Below are positions 1 through 9,991 of a DNA stretch of 64,000 bases, piece after piece. Origin of the DNA: Alphaproteobacteria bacterium (GTDB lineage: Bacteria > Pseudomonadota > Alphaproteobacteria > SHVV01); assembly GCA_965261735.1 (NCBI GenBank), contig OZ253470.1:3456001-3520000 (forward strand), in the 5' to 3' direction. A model generated the notes under the pieces. That model saw only the letters and a list, made by a program, of their open reading frames with translations. It had not been told where the DNA came from and did not search any database. A program made the position numbers and the translations under genes. Every line of letters starts with the position of its first letter. Position 1 is the first letter of the stretch.

Positions 1-1818
1 CGCAAGGAGAAGGGCGCCTGGGTCCGCTTCGGGCTGTACGGGGCCGCAATGATGATCTGCGCCGCGTCGATCTGGATGGAGATCCTCCGGCCCGTGCTCG
101 CGGTAACTTCCTTCAGGGAATTCGCCGGATGGGTCACGCAGCTCGGCGGTTATGAGTTGGCATCGGTCGCCGTGGCGCCCGTGGGTTTCGCGATTACCTT
201 CATGCTGTGGTTCGAAGTCCTGATCGACAGCCTCAAATACCTTCAGAGCGGCAACCGCCGCCAGCGCGCCGAGTCCGATCTCTACGGCAGGTCGAAGCTG
301 CTCGGCAGAAGGTTTCTGCGCCGCCTCGCCAAACGCCGGGGCATCCTGCTCGGCCAGTGGGGCGCGGGCCGCAACGCCAAGTTGATCGGCTGGTCCCTGG
401 AAGGCTCCGCCATCACCGTGGCCCCGCCCCGCGTCGGCAAGGGCGCTCTCATCGCCCTTAACCTGCTGTCGCCCGATTACCGGGGGTTTCAGGGCTCCAC
501 GGTCACCATAGACCCGCGCGGCGAACTCTGGTGCATCGCTGCCCGGCGCAGGCGCGAACTGGGCCGCCGGGTTCTTCTGATCGATCCTTTCGGGGTAGTG
601 GCCCAGCACAAGAAGGTCAAGGAAACCCATCTGCCGGATGTCGAAAGCGCGTCCTATAACCCGCTCGACTTTATTCGAGACGACGAAAACCTCGCCGTGC
701 GGGACATCAACGTTTTGCTCGATGCCCTGCTCACGCCGCCGCGCCCGGACGCGCATAACAGCGGCCGGCATTTCTACGAATCCGCCCGCGCCATCGTCGC
801 CGGTTACATGGCCTGGGTGCGGTTTGAGGAACCACGGGAGAGCTGCACCCTCGCCAAAGTCTACGAAATGCTGTCGATGCCGCCGAAGCAAAGGGAAATC
901 TTCGCGGACAAGGTCAGGCCCATGAAGCGCTTCGCCGGTGGGCTCACCCATATCGCGATCGAGCGTCAGGCCCAGGTCGGCAAGGAGGAGGGCGGGAGCA
1001 ATTTTACGACGGTCGCCAACCAGCTCTCATTCCTGAATTTCACGGAACTGCTCGCCCATACGCAAAGTTCCAGTTTCGATCCCTTGGATCTGGCCGGCGG
1101 CGATACCGACCTCTTCGTTGTCGCGCCGGAAGAGACCATCGAGCACGTCAAGGGCTGGCTGCGCCTGTGGGTCGCCATCCCCAACGCCGTCGCCGGTATA
1201 AAACCGCTTGAGCGCGACCTGCTGATCGTCATCGACGAGATGCCGCGGCTTGGTTACCTCAAGCCGGTCATGGACGGCTACACCATGGCCGCCGGCAAGG
1301 GCGTCCACTTCTGGTGCTTCGCCCAGTCAATCTCGGCGCTCGATTCGACCTGGGGCAAGGAACACCGCAAGACCCTCCTGCATCTGGCCGAACTGGTGCA
1401 GATCCTGGGCTTCCCGCGCACCGACGCGGAGGGTGCGGAGGAACTCTCCAAGGCCATCGGCACCGCCACCTACGAGGCCCGGACCGAGAACCGCTCCGGC
1501 ACTATCGCCGAGAACCGCATCGTCACCGCCAACACGCAATGGCAGGCCGGCGATTCCCGCGCCCTGGTGCGCGAGCGCCTGATCACCCCCGATGAACTCA
1601 TGACGCTTGGCCCCGACCACCAATACGTCATCGCCTCGCCCAAGGACATGCCGCGCGACGCGCTCCACCTCCATCATGCCCGTTACTGGCGACGTTGGGA
1701 CTCCCGCAACCTCGCCGATCCCAACCCGTTCGTCGTCCGCAAAGAACGCGCCGCGGAAGGCTACAAAAAGCGGGGGTGGCCGGGGTCGTGGTTATTCAAA
1801 CGAAAGGAGATGTCATGA
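1..1818 (+). CDS. virD4: Type IV coupling protein, VirD4/TraG family (probably starts before the window)
   Basis: Walker A-like APPRVGKG, TIDPRGE, SYNPLD, Walker B IVIDEMPRLG, FAQSISAL; hydrophobic N-terminus; frame open back to position 1. Confidence 0.9.
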   Translation, partial: RKEKGAWVRFGLYGAAMMICAASIWMEILRPVLAVTSFREFAGWVTQLGGYELASVAVAPVGFAITFMLWFEVLIDSLKYLQSGNRRQRAESDLYGRSKLLGRRFLRRLAKRRGILLGQWGAGRNAKLIGWSLEGSAITVAPPRVGKGALIALNLLSPDYRGFQGSTVTIDPRGELWCIAARRRRELGRRVLLIDPFGVVAQHKKVKETHLPDVESASYNPLDFIRDDENLAVRDINVLLDALLTPPRPDAHNSGRHFYESARAIVAGYMAWVRFEEPRESCTLAKVYEMLSMPPKQREIFADKVRPMKRFAGGLTHIAIERQAQVGKEEGGSNFTTVANQLSFLNFTELLAHTQSSSFDPLDLAGGDTDLFVVAPEETIEHVKGWLRLWVAIPNAVAGIKPLERDLLIVIDEMPRLGYLKPVMDGYTMAAGKGVHFWCFAQSISALDSTWGKEHRKTLLHLAELVQILGFPRTDAEGAEELSKAIGTATYEARTENRSGTIAENRIVTANTQWQAGDSRALVRERLITPDELMTLGPDHQYVIASPKDMPRDALHLHHARYWRRWDSRNLADPNPFVVRKERAAEGYKKRGWPGSWLFKRKEMS

Positions 1819-2561
1819 CGGACAGGACAGCCATGGAACTGGACGGGTGCGAAGCAACAGGGAGCTCGTTGGAACCGGGACACGGCGCGATCGCCGAGCC
1901 CCACTGGTTATGGGACGCCATCGCGGCGGAAGAGCCTCCAACATCCGTTGAGAAGGAAGACGCGAGAAACGATCCCAATGCCGGCCCAGATACCGGTAGT
2001 GAGCAGAAAAGCGGTGGGCCGGAGGCGCTATCCGGGGATGATCAACGGGATGATTCGGGTCTGGCGGGCCCTGACGGCGAGTTTGCGAAACTCCGTCACA
2101 TGATCCAGGAATCCGCCGAGCGCGTGGAAAACGAAGCCTTCGGCAAACTGGTTCTGATGGAAGCGCAAACGAAAACGCTGGCCGATGCCGTTGCAGCGAA
2201 TGCAGTCGCGCTGCGGGAGTTCGCCGGTGCCGAAGGGCGGCAACCCGAAACAGGCGGAACAGCGGAACCGCACAAGGACGAGAACCGAACTTTCATGGCC
2301 GACTTCCATCGCTGGGCCGACGCGCAGCGAGGGTATCGCCTTTGGTGGTCGGCGCTTGCGCTGGCCGTCGTTGTTCCGGCCTTTTTCCTGCTCGGCGTAT
2401 TGGTCGAGTTGCAGTTCCAGATTGTTCCTCTGCACGATCCGAGTGGCGGCTGGAGCCGCCACATCTGGGACAACTACGGCCCTGCCATCGCCGAGTGCGC
2501 GATGGAAGCAAAGCGGACGGACCGGGCGGTGAAGTGTTCGTTCGACGTTCGTAAACCCTAA
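1815..2561 (+). CDS. Hypothetical membrane protein coupled to virD4
   Basis: ATGA overlap with the virD4 stop, AAGGAG RBS, one hydrophobic segment (WWSALALAVVVPAFFLLGVLV). Confidence 0.65.
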   Translation: MTDRTAMELDGCEATGSSLEPGHGAIAEPHWLWDAIAAEEPPTSVEKEDARNDPNAGPDTGSEQKSGGPEALSGDDQRDDSGLAGPDGEFAKLRHMIQESAERVENEAFGKLVLMEAQTKTLADAVAANAVALREFAGAEGRQPETGGTAEPHKDENRTFMADFHRWADAQRGYRLWWSALALAVVVPAFFLLGVLVELQFQIVPLHDPSGGWSRHIWDNYGPAIAECAMEAKRTDRAVKCSFDVRKP

Positions 2562-2564
2562 TTT

Positions 2565-3190
2565 GGGGTGATATGGTCGCGCAAGATCGCTCTGCACCAA
2601 GTGGCCGTTGAATTGACCCACCGTTGGTAATGTTACGAGCGCACACTGCTGGCGCCGAGTGAAGCGCTTAACGCCCTGACGGTCGGTGCGGCATCCCTGG
2701 ACCTGACCCCATTCCTCATGGACCCTGCTCCGGGCACCGTCGAGGTTCACGCGGAAGGTGAAACTCTACCTGCAATATCCAGTGGATTGGGCCTCGGTCC
2801 GTTCCGCGCCATCAAACCCGATCTCATCAGCATTGGAGGACATCACGAAATCCGAGCTCTGCCGGCTGGCGACGATCTGAGGCTGCGTACCGTTCCTCAA
2901 AGCGTGCGCACCGGATTGACGGTCGCGACGGCTGGCCTTGGTGTTTCCGCCCAATCGCGATCTCAGGGAACAAGTTGCGCCACTGCTCTTGTCACGAGAT
3001 CCCTGCTCAATGCGGCCGTACGCTCACTATAGAGGGAGGTCCCTATGAGGGTTAACTTTTCCGCAACGACCAGGCGTTACTGAGCCGCGCGTTTGTAATC
3101 AATGCTGGCAGGTGGCCCGACGCTTGATGACTCTACTCGGAAGCGTATCCTGCGTTGCTGAAGTAGTTTGCGCATTCGGACAAGGCGCAC
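2565..3190 (+). pseudogene. Subtilisin-like S8 peptidase fragment (IetS/Y4bN-like)
   Basis: LLAPSEALNALTVGA, KPDLISIGG, catalytic-Ser motif GTSCATA; internal stops, no N-terminus. Confidence 0.7.
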
Positions 3191-3194
3191 GCAG

Positions 3195-3400
3195 AATGAT
3201 CGTCTTGAATATCATCACCGCGTCCCACGGCTTGCGCCCCGCCCGTGACTTGCGCGCCCTGTCCGGACGCCGCCACACTGCTTCCAAGCACCTACGGAAG
3301 TCTTTCCACGGAACCACCCCGTCGATTTTCGCCAGTGGCTCGTTCCTGGCGCCAAGCCCCGCATACCGGTTCGAAAGATCAAAAACCCCATCTGACCCAT
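3195..3400 (-). mobile_element. IS5-family transposase N-terminal fragment, frameshifted
   Basis: MGQMGF...PLAKIDGVVPWKDFR...KSRAGRKPWDAVMIFK. Confidence 0.75.
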
Positions 3401-3518
3401 GAACACCCCACCTGATGTCAATAAACCCGAATTTCCCAGGTGAACTTCTGCGTTGGATCTTTTGAATGCTGATTCTATGTTGGGTGTCATAGGGTTAGAT
3501 GACGTAGAGGCAACTCGG

Positions 3519-3862
3519 ATGTGGAACCCGGAGGGTGAAGCGGATCGCAGACCACTTACGGCCCTGTTTCGACCGCCGACTGAAGCTCGAGTTCCACGGC
3601 TCGAGGGTCACCACCGACGCCGGACTACTCGCTTATCGTGAACTCGACGATGCCCGGGGGCTGACCGCATTGGCGGGCCATGTCCTGGCCGACAGCCGGA
3701 CGGGCAAGAACGGCTGGCATGGCGTCGTCGGTCTGCTTCGCCAGTCTGTCTATGGACGCTTCGCCGGATACGAGGATGTGAACGACGCCGACCGTCTCGG
3801 ACGCGATCCCGCGATGCGGTGGATCGTCGGTGGCAAGGCGGTCGAACGCGGCGGCGCACAGG
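3519..3862 (+). mobile_element. IS1380-family transposase N-terminal fragment
   Basis: FDRRLKLEFHGSRVTTDAGLLAYRELDD...LLRQSVYGRFAGYEDVNDADRL. Confidence 0.85.
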
Positions 3863-3944
3863 GCGGCACTGGCTCGGAGCTGGCGGTGACAATCCCTACC
3901 TTCGGCGGCTGCCCGGCGCCAAGGACAACGCAGTCGGATCTCGC

Positions 3945-4310
3945 CTTAGCCGCCCGACCGGGCCCTGGCATGAGTTCCTTCAGGCGGACGCCGTCGACGG
4001 CGCCCGGAACCAAGGTGTCACCGATCACGAAGGCCGGCGTTCCACGGATGCCGAGCGTTTGGGCTAGGCGGATCGTTTCGTCGAGGTAGTTCTCGATGGC
4101 GGGATCCTCCATGTCGCGGCGACGGCGTCGGACGTCGAGGCCGACGTTGCCAGCAATGGCCATGACCCTGTCTTCCGTCAGTTTCCCGCGCGAGCCCATG
4201 ACGGCGACATGGGATTCGAGGTACCGGCCCTGCTTCTCGGAGGCCATCGCCGCGCGGGCTGCGAACCGCGAGACCGGACCGAGGATGGGAAACTCCTTCT
4301 TGATTCTGGG
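3945..4310 (-). pseudogene. DsbA-family thioredoxin-fold protein, C-terminal fragment
   Basis: KEFPILGPVSRFAARAAMA...LAQTLGIRGTPAFVIGD; CxxC-bearing N-terminus missing. Confidence 0.75.
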
Positions 4311-4578
4311 GGTCAGGTTTCCGCGCGGAATAACACATGGGGCTGAGCCGGCGGAGGTTCGAGAAACCGGTGGTCTGTCGAAAGCGTAGCCCGACTCCGT
4401 CCATCCTCGCGACCGGTGCAACGGTTCTCGCCGGGTCTGCGCCCAGCGACGCCGGAACGTAACCGAGTCGCGAGTCGGTGTGCTTCCCACAAATTGGAAA
4501 GATTTGGGGAAAGGCAGACGAGCTCAGCGCCGGCCTGCCACTTCTTTGCTCAGTGTCCGCCTGCCGCCACTTCCTCGT

Positions 4579-5730
4579 TCAGCGCCGCGGCTTCGGAGCG
4601 CCGGCCAGCGACAGCACCAGCCGCACCAGGTCCGCCTGCCGTGACAGGCCATGCTTGGCGAACATGTGCTTCACATGCGAGCGGATCGTGCTTTCCCCGC
4701 GGCCGGTCGCCGCGGCGACCTCGCGGACGCTCATGCCCTCGGCCAACAGCACCGCCACCCTGCTCTCCATCCCTGTGAGGCCAAGAGCCACCGCAGCCAC
4801 GGCTGGATCGATGCGAGTATGGCTTGCCGGGTCGACGACCAGCACGAGCGCCGCGATCGGCGAGACCCGCAAGTCCGTCTCCTGTTGGCCCACCGGGTTG
4901 ACGTGCAGCACCAGCGGCGGCAGGGCCGATGAGCGTCTCAGCATCGCCGAGCCGCCGGCGCCTTGAGCCCCGAACGGCGGCAACGCCCGCGTCAACAGCC
5001 CCTGGAGGTTGGCGTTGTCCTCCGGCATGCGGGCGTACAGGAAACCGCCTTCGTCGAACAGACCGTTGCCGGTCCGCAGCAAATCCCGGGCACGGTCGTT
5101 CGCCACCACGATACGCCCGCGCCCGTCGAGCTGGACGATGCCCAACCCGGTGGTGTCGAGCAGCTTCGCGAAGGACGCGCCCAGAGCCCCGGCCCCGGCC
5201 AGCGCCTGCTGGACGCTCACGGACTGACGGATATGGGGTAGGAGACGCCGGATCGAGTCGAGCTGGGCTGACGACCAGCCGTCGCCGTCAACCGGGTCGT
5301 TGACGACCCAGACGATGCGCGAGCCATTGGGCCCATCCAGGCGCACATTGATGCTGTTCCGAGCGTGCCCGCGGGCCAGCAGCTCATTGTATGACGCGGA
5401 GGTTTTCAGTTCCTCCTCGGTGTAGAGGTCGGTGATGTGGAACAGCTGGCTGTCAGGCAGATGCCGCAGGCGCGGGACCCGTTCGTCCAGGGCGTAGTAG
5501 TTCTCGAAGTAGTCACGCTCCAATTCCCGGTACCGTTGTCCACGGAAGAAGTACCACGCAAAGTAGATCTGGATGTCCTCTTCGGAGCGCCCGTCGCCGA
5601 ACACCATGCTGCTACCATTCGCGCGGAGGGTGTCATCGATCAGCGCGGTGGCGGTCGACCAGTGGGCACGGTCGAGCGCCGCCTCGTGCAACGAGGCCAG
5701 AATGCGGTCAAACGCCTCCCGTTCGCTCAT
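4579..5730 (-). CDS. PAS/GAF-LuxR helix-turn-helix transcriptional regulator
   Basis: C-terminal LTGMESRVAVLLAEGMSVREVA...TIRSHVKHMFAKHG (LuxR HTH); PAS-like GIVQLDGRGRIVVAN. Confidence 0.9.
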   Translation of the reverse strand: MSEREAFDRILASLHEAALDRAHWSTATALIDDTLRANGSSMVFGDGRSEEDIQIYFAWYFFRGQRYRELERDYFENYYALDERVPRLRHLPDSQLFHITDLYTEEELKTSASYNELLARGHARNSINVRLDGPNGSRIVWVVNDPVDGDGWSSAQLDSIRRLLPHIRQSVSVQQALAGAGALGASFAKLLDTTGLGIVQLDGRGRIVVANDRARDLLRTGNGLFDEGGFLYARMPEDNANLQGLLTRALPPFGAQGAGGSAMLRRSSALPPLVLHVNPVGQQETDLRVSPIAALVLVVDPASHTRIDPAVAAVALGLTGMESRVAVLLAEGMSVREVAAATGRGESTIRSHVKHMFAKHGLSRQADLVRLVLSLAGAPKPRR

Positions 5731-5909
5731 CGCCGCGCCTTCGCTCGCGGGCGTTCGGTCGGCTCGAACCCCATCGGCGCGGCCAGCAAGAGCCCTCCCT
5801 TGTTCCGCATAGGATCCGTTGCAACCTTGGACACAGCTGTCGCGGGGGCGCCACTACCTGCGGCGCTGACGCGGGCTTGGAGGATAAGGTGTCCGCGCGT
5901 TTCCGCACA

Positions 5910-5925
5910 TCCCCAACATTGGGGA
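5910..5925. promoter_or_regulatory. Palindromic operator candidate TCCCCAACATTGGGGA
   Basis: One mismatch from the perfect palindrome at 9784-9801; about 180 bp upstream of the LuxR gene. Confidence 0.5.
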
Positions 5926-6005
5926 GATTTAGCGGTTTTTGGAGTGCCTCAGGAGCTTAAGGTAGGCCAGACGAAGTCAGAACCGGCCCGCTGCCCCTTC
6001 CGCCC

Positions 6006-6090
6006 TCAGCGCCGGGACCCCGGAGCGCCGTCCCGCGACAGGCCGTGCCTAGCGAACATGTGCTCCACATGCGAGCGGATCGTGCTTTCA
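6006..6090 (-). pseudogene. Extreme 3' end of a LuxR paralogue, internally deleted
   Basis: Encodes ESTIRSHVEHMFARHGLSR, matching the tail of 4579-5730. Confidence 0.7.
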
Positions 6091-6113
6091 CAGTCGGCCA
6101 TGGCAGCAATGCC

Positions 6114-7382
6114 TCAGGCCCTGACACACCGCACCGCCAGCGATTGAAGGCCCCGGAGCACGATGCCTTTGCGGAACCAAGGGCGCTCCCCCAGCAAGCC
6201 CATCTGCGGGAACTGTTCGAGCAGCATCTCGAGAACGATCCGGCCTTCCAGGCGTGCGAGCGGTGCACCGAGACAATGGTGGATACCGCGTCCGAACGAC
6301 AGATGAGAACCTTGGCTGCGTCCGACATCGAGGCGGTCGGGATCCTCAAAGACGTCCGGATCCCGGTTCGCCGCGCCGAGAAGCAGGACGACGTTGTCGC
6401 GTTTGCGCAGTGCAAACCCGTTCACCTCGCAATCCACGAGCACGCGCCGGAAATCCGCCTGCACCGGAGAGTCGAAACGCAACAACTCCTCCACCGCCGC
6501 CGGGATCAGGCTTGGGTCGTTCCGCAGCCGCTGAAGCTGTTCGGGATGACGAAGCAAAGCCAGCATGCCGTTGCCGATGAGGTTGGCGGTAGTCTCGTTG
6601 CCGGCGGTCAGGAGCAGGCGCAGCATGTTCAGTGTCTCGCGTTCGGTCAGGCGTCCGCCGTCGTCCTCCGCCCGCGCCAGCGCGCTGACGATATCGTCCC
6701 TCGGCTCGGCCCGCCGTGCCTCGATGATCGGCCGGAAATAGGCGTCGAACGCCCGGGAGGCCGTCTCGCCTGCGTTGCGCTCGCGCGGGCCGATCATCGG
6801 TTCGAGCAAACGCGCGCGCTGGGCCGACCAGATCCTAAACCGCTCCCTGTCCTCCGGCGGTACGCCCAGCATCTCGGCCATCACGATCACCGGCAAGGGC
6901 CGGGCCACCGCCTGCATGAGATCGAAGCCGGCCGGGTCCTCAATGTCATCCAGCAGCGATCCGAGAATGCCACGGATGCGCGGTTCCAGGTCGTTGACCG
7001 CCTTGGGCGTAAACGCCTTGTTCACGAGTGCCCTGAGCCGCGTGTGGTCGGGCGGGTCGAGAAACAGCAGGGTGAACTCGTCCGGCGGGGGCAACATGGT
7101 ATGCTGCCGGGACGACAGCGTACCCTTGCGCGGGTCGCTGGCGAAGTGCCGGTGGTCGCGCAGGATGGCATCGACATCGCTGTGGCGCGTGAACAGCCAG
7201 GACTTCAGCAATCGGCTGCGATGCGCCGGATCCCCGGTGCGAAGGGCCGCATAGACGGGATAGGGATCCTGGGCCGTGCGGGACGACAGCGGGTTGTAAC
7301 TCACCCCGCTCTGCAACCGCTCGCGCAATAGCTCTGCGCCCGCGACCGCAAAGCGCATCGCTTCGCCAACGAACAACATCAT
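6114..7382 (-). CDS. Cytochrome P450
   Basis: DPPDHTRLR, I-helix AGNETT, EELLR (ExxR), heme motif FGRGIHHCLG. Confidence 0.95.
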   Translation of the reverse strand: MMLFVGEAMRFAVAGAELLRERLQSGVSYNPLSSRTAQDPYPVYAALRTGDPAHRSRLLKSWLFTRHSDVDAILRDHRHFASDPRKGTLSSRQHTMLPPPDEFTLLFLDPPDHTRLRALVNKAFTPKAVNDLEPRIRGILGSLLDDIEDPAGFDLMQAVARPLPVIVMAEMLGVPPEDRERFRIWSAQRARLLEPMIGPRERNAGETASRAFDAYFRPIIEARRAEPRDDIVSALARAEDDGGRLTERETLNMLRLLLTAGNETTANLIGNGMLALLRHPEQLQRLRNDPSLIPAAVEELLRFDSPVQADFRRVLVDCEVNGFALRKRDNVVLLLGAANRDPDVFEDPDRLDVGRSQGSHLSFGRGIHHCLGAPLARLEGRIVLEMLLEQFPQMGLLGERPWFRKGIVLRGLQSLAVRCVRA

Positions 7383-7670
7383 CTCCTCTCCGCAGCGGGC
7401 GTCTCAACCCCCTCCGCCAGCCGACGTAAATGCAGCATTGCCGATCCTGCCATTCTACCGACACTAGGATCAACGCTGGTTTGGACGCGGACTGACCGTT
7501 CGCCGTATTCGGGGCGAAGTGCTTCGAGGTTATTCGGATTCGATCATGAGACTAAAGGCCAGGTCGGAGGTCCGCCGGCGCGTGGGTGCCGCATTCTCCA
7601 ACATCGTCGAGAGGCCGTACCATTTTTCGGGAGGTCGACGAGATGGCGGATTTCGCCAGCCGCGAGGCTG

Positions 7671-7899
7671 TTACATGCCCATGCTTCGTCCCCGGGATCT
7701 ATTGTAGGTCTGGCGCTCTTCTTCCCCGCCCGTATCGCGCTTTTTGGAGTGGCGCTCAACATAGTCGTCGAATTCCTTTTGCGCCGCCTTGCGTTCTTTC
7801 CCCGTTGCGTTGTACGCGGCTGACTGAAGCCGGCTGAACTCGCGGGCCTCCCTTTGCGCCCGGCGCTGACGTTCCTCGTGTGTCTCCTGCGCTGCGGAT
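7671..7899 (-). repeat. Diverged direct copy of the relaxase 3' end (matches 13698-13926)
   Basis: EFSRLQSAAYNATG.ERKAAQKE.DDYVERHS...RSRGRSMGM in both; colinear at DNA level. Confidence 0.9.
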
Positions 7900-7904
7900 G
7901 ATGA

Positions 7905-9097
7905 GCGCCCCGCTCGTCGCCGTGTAGTCCGATCCCGCCGTCGCCGTGCCGTCCGACGTCGCATAGTCCACCTTGACCCGGTAGGGCGCTGCCGATACCC
8001 GGTAGTCGCGGGTCTCGCCCGCCATCAGCCCCGAACCGTGCGCGTAGGCGATGCTGGTCCCGTTCGTATTGTCTTCTACCTCGGCCCAGACCGTGCCGCC
8101 GTCGTAGGACGCCTCGATCCGGTAGCCGAGGATCGTGCCGAACGGTGCCGTCCAGGTCAGTGTGACCTTGTTCACCGTCGCCGTGGCTATCAACTCCGTC
8201 ACTTGGCCCGACAGAATTGACGCCGCCTGGTCATCGTCCGTGATGGTTCCCGCCGCCGCCGCTTGAGCGATGGACGCGTTCACCGCGTTGCTGAGCATTA
8301 CCAAAAGGTCTCGCCATCCTCTTCGACAGTGTCGTCGGCGATCGTGATGCTGATGGGCTTGGTCGTTTCTCCCGGCGCAAAGGTGAGGGTGCCGTTCGCC
8401 GCTGTGTAATCCGCCCCCGCCGTCGCAGTGCCGTCCCCGGTCGCGTAGTCGACTCTGCGCTCGGGCCGCTTAGCGTCAACGTGAAGGTGGCCGTGCCGTC
8501 GCTTTCGTCCACCGTCACCGGTTCGATCGACAGCGACGGCTCGGGGCTGTCGGTGCGCACCGACCGCCCGGCAATCTGAGCCGCCTCATTGCCCCACCGG
8601 TCTCGGATCTTGGTCGTTCCTGGCGTGTAGCCCGCCGTGACCGTATGGGCATGGCCCACGGGCGAAGCGAGCGTGAGGGTCACGGTGGAGCCGTTCACAT
8701 TCACGCTCGACACGGTCCGCGCCGATCCCGCGACCGTGACGGCAAAGTCCGCCGGCGCCGAGGCCTCGTCTAGGTGGTCCGCCGAATTGCCCTCATCCGG
8801 GTCCTGGAATGTGAGCATAAGCGCCGTGCCGTCGACCGTCGCACCGTCGGCCCCGGCCGTAAGAACCGGCTCCGTCGTATCCACCCGCGAATCCGTATCG
8901 TACTGCCCGTGGCGGATGTTCACCGCGACCCCGCCGGTGCTCTTGATCGTGCCGCCATCCAGCACCAGGCCGCGGGTTGTGTCGAGCCCGTGGTGCTGGA
9001 AATTGGTCGGAACGACGAGGCCGGCACCGTCATCAGGGATGTTGGCCGGCACGGTCCAGCCGAACACCAGATCTTTCGTGCCAGTACCGCTTTCATA
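7905..9097 (-). pseudogene. Fragmented large surface adhesin (SwmB-like, Calx-beta and FN3 domains)
   Basis: ATVDGTALMLTF...TVTLTLASPV; VDYAT.DGTATAG.DY twice; LTWTAP...GYRIE...YRVSA; frameshifts. Confidence 0.75.
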
Positions 9098-9702
9098 GGA
9101 GCCGGCGCTGTGGGCGCGTCCCTTGCGAAGCTGCTTGACACCACCGGGTTGGGCATCGTTCAGCTCGACGGGCGCGGGCGGATCGTGGCGGCGAATGACC
9201 GCGCCCGGGATTTGCTGCGGACCGGTGACGGTCTGTACGACGAGGACGGTTTTCTGTACGCCCGCACGCCGGAGGACGATGGCGAACTCCAAGGGCTGTT
9301 GACGCGCGCCCTACCAGCGTTCGGGGCTCAGGGCGCCGGCGGCTCGGCCACGGTGAGGCGCCCTTCTGCCCAGCCGCCGCTGGTGCTGCACGTCAACCCG
9401 GTGGGCCGGAAGGAGACGGGTTTGCGGGTCTGGCCGGTCGCGGCGCTGGTGCTGGTCGCCGACCCGGCAAGCCAAACCCGCATCGATCCGGCCGTGGCTG
9501 CGGCCACTCTCGGCCTCACGGGGATGGAGAGCCGCGTGGCGGTGCTGTTGGCCGAAGGCATGAACGTCGGCGAGATCGCCGCGGCGAAAGCACGATCCGC
9601 TCGCATGTGAAGCACATGTTTGCGAAACACGGTCTGTCGCGGCTGGCGGATCTGGTGCGGCTTATGCTGTCGCTGGCCGGCGCTCCGGAGCCCCGGCGCT
9701 GA
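9098..9702 (+). pseudogene. C-terminal half of a second PAS-LuxR regulator, inverted relative to 4579-5730
   Basis: GAGAVGASLAKLLDTTGLGIVQLDG...LTGMESRVAVLLAEGM, near-identical to 4579-5730; deletion near 9590. Confidence 0.85.
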
Positions 9703-9783
9703 AGGCGGAAGCAGCCGCGGGTCGGCGCTGACCGCGTCCGGTTTGCCTTAAATTTCTGATATTCCAATAAAAAACCGCCAATT

Positions 9784-9801
9784 CTCCCCAATATTGGGGA
9801 G
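9784..9801. promoter_or_regulatory. Perfect 18-bp palindrome CTCCCCAATATTGGGGAG, operator candidate
   Basis: Self-complementary; lies between the LuxR relic and the adhesin gene. Confidence 0.55.
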
Positions 9802-9991
9802 GCGCGCCAGCGCTCACCTCGCTTATTCTTTGCATCCATCGCACCAACAGCGCCGCCGGGGGCAGAGCCTCCTGCGGCGCTGTTGTGCGAACTGCGAGGG
9901 AGGGTGCCTACCGATGCGCTTGGGTCATGACTGAGGAAGCGACAGGGAAACGGCTCCGTGCGATGCGCCGCATAGGAGCGAGGTCGCGAGG

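Noticed and set aside
2565-3190. Functional IetAS-like protease/ATPase system
   Set aside because: The protease is fragmentary with stops, and there is no adjacent ATPase.
8231-9610. ORFs 8231-9292 (-) and 8774-9610 (+) as real chimeric genes
   Set aside because: Each reads through the junction near 9097 into the antisense of the other relic.
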